Source: Parvibaculales bacterium
Lineage (GTDB): Bacteria; Pseudomonadota; Alphaproteobacteria; RS24
Assembly (NCBI GenBank): GCA_049889415.1
Contig: JBMHDL010000008.1
Span: forward strand, 12,372-76,371
Reading direction: 5' to 3'
Length of the DNA stretch: 64,000 nucleotides
Position 1 is the stretch's first letter; every line of letters begins with the position of its first letter. Shown piece after piece: positions 58,801 to 64,000 of the stretch. The position numbers and the translations under genes are program-made. Under the pieces are notes generated by a model. That model saw only the letters and a program-made list of their open reading frames with translations. It searched no databases and had not been told where the DNA came from.

Positions 58801-59829
58801 ATGCCGGACAGGTTAAAGGGCAAAAAAGTAACGGTCAAAAATGTCGCCGAGCGGGCCGGCGTCTCTTTAAAAACGGCCTCGCGTGTGTTTAATGACAGCC
58901 CGAATGTCCGCCCCGAGAAAAGACAGGCCGTGTTGCAAGCCGCCCAAGAACTCAACTTTCGGCCCAATCTCTCCGCCCGGCAATTGGCCAGCAACCGCTC
59001 ATTTGTGCTTGTGCATTTTTACGACAATGCCAACACGGATTATATTTCGACCATTTATCAAGGCATGCTGATGGCCTGTAATCGGCGCGGCTATTATGCC
59101 GTAGCTGAGCCCCTGCCCCCTGATATCCCTTATGCCGAGGGAATCCTCGCTTATGCCGCCAAATTCAGCATTGACGGCGTGGTGCTCTCACCGCCGGCCT
59201 GTGACGACCGCGAGTTACTCAGTCAGCTCAGCGATCACGGCATTCATTACGTTCTGATTTCCCCGAACACCCCCGCCAAGGATGACCCGAGCGTCTATGT
59301 CAATGAACAGGCGGCCTCTGAAAGAATCACGGAACACCTGATACAACTTGGCCATGAAAGCATTGCCTATCTGGGTGGCCCACCCGAACATATGGCGGCC
59401 AAAAAACGTGAATCGGGTTATCGGGCTGCGTGTCATCGTCATTTGAACGGCGATGGCACCCTTACTATCGAGACTGGGGATTTTTCCATGCAGTCAGGCC
59501 ATCAGGCCTATCAAAGGATTATCGACGCCGACCCAAAGACGACAGCGATATTCGCCGCCAATGATGAAATGGCATTCGGTCTGATTATGGCGGCGCTGAA
59601 CAGCGGTCGCAAAGTACCGGGGGATATTTCAATTGCCGGCTATGACAATTCACGCCTTGCGGCCGTCTTTTGGCCGAGTCTGACGACAGTTGCGCCACCG
59701 GTTATCCAGATGGCCGAGCACGCGACTGATTTGTTGATTGATGTTGCATCAGGCCAAGAAACCGCTGACAGGCATCGCGAATTCACTTCTGACCTGTATC
59801 TGCGCGACAGCAGCGCCCCTCCGGCCTAA
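58801..59829 (+). CDS. LacI-family transcriptional regulator
   Basis: N-terminal HTH VTVKNVAERAGVSLKTASRVFN, followed by a periplasmic-binding-protein-like sugar-binding core. Confidence 0.85.
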   Translation: MPDRLKGKKVTVKNVAERAGVSLKTASRVFNDSPNVRPEKRQAVLQAAQELNFRPNLSARQLASNRSFVLVHFYDNANTDYISTIYQGMLMACNRRGYYAVAEPLPPDIPYAEGILAYAAKFSIDGVVLSPPACDDRELLSQLSDHGIHYVLISPNTPAKDDPSVYVNEQAASERITEHLIQLGHESIAYLGGPPEHMAAKKRESGYRAACHRHLNGDGTLTIETGDFSMQSGHQAYQRIIDADPKTTAIFAANDEMAFGLIMAALNSGRKVPGDISIAGYDNSRLAAVFWPSLTTVAPPVIQMAEHATDLLIDVASGQETADRHREFTSDLYLRDSSAPPA

Positions 59830-59905
59830 AAAGTCGCACCGTTAACTCAATCACCTAATGCGCCCGGACTGACACGGGTTTTGGCGTAATCTAGTGCTTT
59901 GCAGA

Positions 59906-59925
59906 AATTGACAACGCTGTCAATT
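59906..59925. promoter_or_regulatory. Inverted repeat overlapping the zwf -35 element (candidate operator)
   Basis: AATTGACA-ACGC-TGTCAATT, perfect 8-bp arms. Confidence 0.45.
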
Positions 59926-59936
59926 ATGCGTATGAT
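59908..59936 (+). promoter_or_regulatory. Putative sigma-70 promoter of zwf-pgl-edd-glk
   Basis: TTGACA (59908-59913), 17-nt spacer, TATGAT (59931-59936). About 37 nt upstream of the zwf ATG. Confidence 0.55.
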
Positions 59937-59947
59937 ATACGTATATC
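59934..59947. promoter_or_regulatory. Perfect 14-bp palindrome with central CG overlapping -10/+1 (LacI-type operator candidate)
   Basis: GATATACGTATATC is its own reverse complement. A central CG is typical of LacI-family operators. Confidence 0.45.
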
Positions 59948-59972
59948 GCCACACAAAAAGCGGGGTTTTGTT

Positions 59973-61442
59973 ATGGCCAAATTTGTTCCAGTCGAACCGT
60001 TCGACATTATTATTTTTGGTGTGACAGGCGACTTGTCGCAACTCAAATTGCTGCCGGCCCTCTACCACCGTTACCTTGACGGTCAGATTGACCAGACAAG
60101 CCGGATTATCGGGGTTTCTCGACAATCCATGGCGCAAGCGGATTTTCTGCAAATGGCGCACAAAGCCTGCGCCAAACAGAAGCAGGATATGATCCAGGAA
60201 AAATGGCACTCCTTCTCCCAAATGCTATCCTATATTGAAATGGACGCCACGCAGGACGGCGACGAATGGCAGACGTTGAAATCGCTGATTTCAACCGATG
60301 ATCGGCCCTGCATTTTTTATCTGGCTGTCTCCCCGACCATTTATGTGCCAATTTGCCAAGCGATCAATTCCAGTGGTGTCAAAAAGCCGAATGCCCGTGT
60401 GGTGCTGGAAAAACCCATCGGCACGGACCTGGCCAGCGCCATCAACATCAATCAGGGTGTTGGCGCGGTGTTTGACGAAAAAGACATTTTCCGCATGGAT
60501 CATTATCTCGGTAAAGAAACGGTTCAGAACCTTTTGGTTCTGCGCTTTGCCAACACGATGTTTGAACCGCTTTGGTCCAATAACACAATCGATCATGTTC
60601 AGATCACCGTTTCGGAAACCCTCGGGGTCGACAATCGGCATGACTATTACGACAAATCGGGGGCCGTGCGCGATATTGTCCAGAATCATCTGCTGCAGTT
60701 ATTGTGCCTGACAGCCATGGAGCCGCCATTGTCCCTCGATGCAGATGATGTTCGCGAAGAGAAAATCAAGATCCTGCGCGCCTTGAAGGGCTTCACCCCG
60801 AAATCAGCGCTTAAAAACACCGTCCGCGGACAATATACCGCAGGTCATATCGATAATCAGCCAGTCGCCGGCTACAAGGAAATGCTGCCAGACTCTCTGC
60901 GGGACAGCTCGACGGAAACTTTTGTCGCCATCAAGACGGAAATCGAAAATTGGCGCTGGTCAGGCGTGCCGTTTTACCTGCGCACCGGCAAACGTATGGC
61001 GAAGCGATGTTCAGAAATCGTGGTCCAATTTAAACCCTTGCCGCATAATGTTTTCGGCGACGGAAATCAGGCGGCCAACCGTCTGGTGATCCGCCTCCAG
61101 CCGGATGAGGGCATGCGTCTTTACATGCAGATCAAACAACCAGGACCGGGTGGGCTGGAACTGCAGTCCCTGCCTTTGGACCTCTCCTATGCAGAAAGTT
61201 TTTCCGCCATCCGCTATCCCGACGCTTATGAACGCCTGCTGATGGACGTTGTGCGCGGTAACCTGTCTCTGTTCATGGGGCATAATGAGGTCGAGGCAGC
61301 CTGGGCATGGACCGATAATCTACTGCAATCATGGGAACAAGGCGACCAGCCGGTAGAAACCTACCCGGCCGGCTCGAACGGGCCGCTCAAGGCCGCCATG
61401 TTGCTGGACCGCGATGAGCGGGAATGGTGGGATGAGGCATAA
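59973..61442 (+). CDS. zwf: Glucose-6-phosphate 1-dehydrogenase
   Basis: IIFGVTGDLSQLKLLPALY ... RMDHYLGKE (active-site signature) ... EKPIG. Confidence 0.95.
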   Translation: MAKFVPVEPFDIIIFGVTGDLSQLKLLPALYHRYLDGQIDQTSRIIGVSRQSMAQADFLQMAHKACAKQKQDMIQEKWHSFSQMLSYIEMDATQDGDEWQTLKSLISTDDRPCIFYLAVSPTIYVPICQAINSSGVKKPNARVVLEKPIGTDLASAININQGVGAVFDEKDIFRMDHYLGKETVQNLLVLRFANTMFEPLWSNNTIDHVQITVSETLGVDNRHDYYDKSGAVRDIVQNHLLQLLCLTAMEPPLSLDADDVREEKIKILRALKGFTPKSALKNTVRGQYTAGHIDNQPVAGYKEMLPDSLRDSSTETFVAIKTEIENWRWSGVPFYLRTGKRMAKRCSEIVVQFKPLPHNVFGDGNQAANRLVIRLQPDEGMRLYMQIKQPGPGGLELQSLPLDLSYAESFSAIRYPDAYERLLMDVVRGNLSLFMGHNEVEAAWAWTDNLLQSWEQGDQPVETYPAGSNGPLKAAMLLDRDEREWWDEA

Positions 61443-61443
61443 A

Positions 61444-62151
61444 ATGCTAACACGCTCAAAAACACCGGAAAATCTCTTCTTCACATCTCGGGCAAAAGCC
61501 GCGGATGCAGCTGCCAACGCAATTGCGGCGGCAGTAGAGAAACAACCTTGCACATTATTTTTGTCCGGCGGAAGCACGCCCGGGCCCGTTTATGAAAACC
61601 TGTCCCATACCTGCTTGGACTGGAGACGTGTAAATGTCGCCCCGGTTGACGAACGCTGGGTAGATGAAAATGACTCCGGCTCCAACGCCCGGCTCATTAA
61701 AGGGACGCTGATACAAAACCAAGCAGCCTCAGCTCCTTTCACCCCGATGAAGTCGCCGCATGCAAATCCTGAAACCGGATGGGGCTCGGTTGAGATGGCC
61801 TATCAACAATTGCCGGCACCCTATTATGTCGTTCTGGGCATGGGGGAAGACGGGCATGTCGCCTCCTGGTTTGCCTCGGCGCCCGAATATGGGTCACTGA
61901 TGCAGTCAAAAGGGCGGCAGCTTGTTGCCCCGGTCAATCCGGTGCGGTCTGACATTACCGGCGATTACACCTCGCGCATGACCATAACCCCGGCTGTGCT
62001 GAGAAGTTGCACCAAGGCCTTTTTGCTGATCAACGGCGTCACCAAAATCAGACTTTTGCAAAAATGGCTTAAAAATGACAATCCACCTCTTCCCATTCAT
62101 CATGCACTTGATAGCCTGGGTTCGAGATTAACGATTTTCACCTGCGAGTAA
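61444..62151 (+). CDS. pgl: 6-phosphogluconolactonase
   Basis: FLSGGSTPGPVYE ... VDERWV ... LGMGEDGHVAS. Confidence 0.85.
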   Translation: MLTRSKTPENLFFTSRAKAADAAANAIAAAVEKQPCTLFLSGGSTPGPVYENLSHTCLDWRRVNVAPVDERWVDENDSGSNARLIKGTLIQNQAASAPFTPMKSPHANPETGWGSVEMAYQQLPAPYYVVLGMGEDGHVASWFASAPEYGSLMQSKGRQLVAPVNPVRSDITGDYTSRMTITPAVLRSCTKAFLLINGVTKIRLLQKWLKNDNPPLPIHHALDSLGSRLTIFTCE

Positions 62152-62155
62152 CATC

Positions 62156-63967
62156 ATGCACAAAACCGTTAAAGCCGTCACCGAGAGAATTGTTGCCCGC
62201 TCCAAGGCCAGCCGGACAGCCTATCTCGCACTTATGCAACAAGGTCGGTCTGAATTTGACCGGCGCGCCATTTCCGCCGGTAATACGGCACACGCCATTG
62301 CCGCCTGCCCGTTGGAGGATAAAAAAGCCATGATTGGCGGAAACTGGCCCAATCTTGCCATTGTCACCGCTTATAATGACATGCTGTCCGCCCATCAGCC
62401 TTATGAACATTATCCGCAAAAAATCAAAACCTTTGCCCGACAACATGGAGCCACGGCTCAGGTGGCCGGTGGTGTTCCGGCAATGTGTGATGGGGTCACG
62501 CAGGGACAGCCAGGTATGGAGTTATCACTGTTATCCCGCGATGTCATCGCCCTGTCCACGGCGATTTCACTGTCGCATAACACTTTTGACGCGGCACTGT
62601 ATCTGGGAATTTGTGACAAAATCGTTCCGGGGCTGTTGATCGGCGCATTGCAGTTCGCCTACATGCCGGCTGCGTTTGTGCCGTCCGGCCCAATGCCAAG
62701 TGGCCTGCCCAATGCGGAAAAAAGCCGGGTTAGAAAAGCCTATGCGCGCGGCGAGGCGACCCGCGAAGAATTGCTCGATGCGGAAATGAAAAGCTACCAC
62801 AGTGCCGGCACCTGCACATTTTACGGCACCGCCAATTCCAATCAAATGCTGATGGAAATGATGGGGCTGCATGTCCCCGGTGCGGCGTTTGTCCCCCCGG
62901 ACACACCCTTGCGCGACGCCCTCACAGATGAGGCCGTGCGACTAACAGCAGCCAATGCCAGGACAGACAGCCTGAAGCCGCTTTATGAAGTCGTTGATGA
63001 AAAAGCCATTGTCAACGCCATGGTCGGCTTGCTCGCCACAGGAGGCTCAACCAATCATTCGCTGCATCTGCCGGCCATAGCTCAAGCCGCCGGCATCCTT
63101 ATCAATTGGGATGATTTTGACGAACTGTCCAATGTTGTTCCGTTACTGGCACGGGTTTATCCCAATGGTGAAGCTGACATCAACCATTTCCATGCCGCTG
63201 GCGGCATCGGATTTATCATTAAAACCCTCCTGGAGGGCGGTTATCTGCATGCTGATGTTCACACCATTGCCGGCAACAGTCTCGCTGACTACGCCAAGGA
63301 GCCGAAACTGGTTGATGCAGAACTTGTCTGGGAGGAAAGCCCTTCCATATCCTCCAATTTGAATATTCTGCGCGACACCAAAGCCCCTTTCAGCGCCAAT
63401 GGCGGACTGCGGACAGCTACCGGCAATTTGGGCCGCGGTGTGATCAAGACCTCAGCCGTCGCGCAGGAACATTTTCATATCAAGGCCCCGGCCAGGGTCT
63501 TCATGGACCAGAATGAAGTCATGATGGCTTTTGAGGCGGGTGAACTCAATCAGGATGTCGTGGTTGTTCTGCGCTATCAGGGGCCGAAATCAAACGGCAT
63601 GCCGGAATTGCACAAGCTGACACCAGCGCTCAGTTCCCTGCTTGAGCAAGGATATAAGGTCGCTTTGGTCACAGACGGCCGGATGTCCGGGGCATCAGGT
63701 ACCGTGCCGGCAGCCATCCAGATGACTCCGGAGGCGCTGGAGGGTGGCCCGCTGGCAAAAATCTTGGACGGGGACCTCATTGACCTAGATTGTACCACCG
63801 GCACCTTAAACATCCGCACAGAAGGTTTTGAAACACGGGCAACACCACCGCCATCAGGGTATAACAGGCTGTCCCTGACGCTGGGACGGAATCTTTTTGG
63901 CCAGATGCGCCAACAGGCTGCATCGGCTGAAGCCGGTGGGTCGGTGTTCATGTTCGGGGAGGACTGA
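62156..63967 (+). CDS. edd: Phosphogluconate dehydratase
   Basis: 603 aa IlvD/Edd family: AIVTAYNDMLSAHQP ... CDGVTQG ... GICDKIVPG ... TDGRMSGASG. Confidence 0.95.
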   Translation: MHKTVKAVTERIVARSKASRTAYLALMQQGRSEFDRRAISAGNTAHAIAACPLEDKKAMIGGNWPNLAIVTAYNDMLSAHQPYEHYPQKIKTFARQHGATAQVAGGVPAMCDGVTQGQPGMELSLLSRDVIALSTAISLSHNTFDAALYLGICDKIVPGLLIGALQFAYMPAAFVPSGPMPSGLPNAEKSRVRKAYARGEATREELLDAEMKSYHSAGTCTFYGTANSNQMLMEMMGLHVPGAAFVPPDTPLRDALTDEAVRLTAANARTDSLKPLYEVVDEKAIVNAMVGLLATGGSTNHSLHLPAIAQAAGILINWDDFDELSNVVPLLARVYPNGEADINHFHAAGGIGFIIKTLLEGGYLHADVHTIAGNSLADYAKEPKLVDAELVWEESPSISSNLNILRDTKAPFSANGGLRTATGNLGRGVIKTSAVAQEHFHIKAPARVFMDQNEVMMAFEAGELNQDVVVVLRYQGPKSNGMPELHKLTPALSSLLEQGYKVALVTDGRMSGASGTVPAAIQMTPEALEGGPLAKILDGDLIDLDCTTGTLNIRTEGFETRATPPPSGYNRLSLTLGRNLFGQMRQQAASAEAGGSVFMFGED

Positions 63968-63968
63968 A

Positions 63969-64000
63969 ATGATACTTGTCGGAGACATTGGCGGCACCAA
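63969..64000 (+). CDS. glk: Glucokinase, N-terminal fragment (continues beyond the window)
   Basis: ATG 1 nt after the edd stop. MILVGDIGGT matches the glucokinase N-terminal ATP-binding motif, and the position is as expected in an ED operon. Confidence 0.6.
   Translation, partial: MILVGDIGGT

Noticed and set aside
59863-59882. Possible terminator after the LacI-family gene (CCCG-N8-CGGG-TTTT)
   Set aside because: It has only a 4-bp stem with an 8-nt loop, too weak to call.

Overview
The window reads as a compact, gene-dense chromosomal segment from a marine alphaproteobacterium. A SAR116/Rhodospirillales-like origin is only a guess. Supporting signs are alpha-type GTTC-N7-GTTC SOS boxes, the proC-ybjN-ubiK-lgt-NDUFAF7-pgeF gene order, and a single-Cys DksA. 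All calls come from motif recognition in the supplied translations and from reading the DNA by eye; no searches or computations were run.

Most of the window is housekeeping:
- proC, lgt, prs, rpsD, icd, alaS, recA, dksA
- a MoxR/VWA pair, an FNR-type reductase and a 2Fe-2S ferredoxin
- bioA/bioF/bioD, a thiolase, rpoN, purT and one tRNA-CAU
- a LacI-family regulator followed by the Entner-Doudoroff operon zwf-pgl-edd-glk

Accessory or unusual content, in order along the window:
1. A frameshifted DNA methyltransferase-HNH fusion lies between recA and dksA.
2. A surface-glycan/glycolipid cluster spans 20.8-28.4 kb. It holds a GT4/methyltransferase/prenyltransferase-like toroid operon, a GPH transporter with a methyltransferase, and an O-antigen-ligase::glycosyltransferase fusion.
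3. A PCu(A)C copper chaperone is encoded in the position where znuA would be expected, ahead of znuCB. His-rich tails sit on the chaperone and on the ATPase.
4. A umuDC cassette has a perfect SOS box, and its stop codon overlaps the stop of rpoN.
5. A green-tuned proteorhodopsin lies co-directionally with a Tat-exported FecR-like protein, a ClC channel and rpoN. rpoN is outside its canonical lptB-rpoN-hpf-ptsN context.
6. An AT-rich seven-gene operon (50.06-57.08 kb) is the best candidate for something undescribed. It joins a CDP-hexose pathway with a C-methyltransferase to a GtrA/GtrB/GT-C-like periplasmic glycosylation module.

No integrase, transposase, CRISPR array or rRNA was seen.
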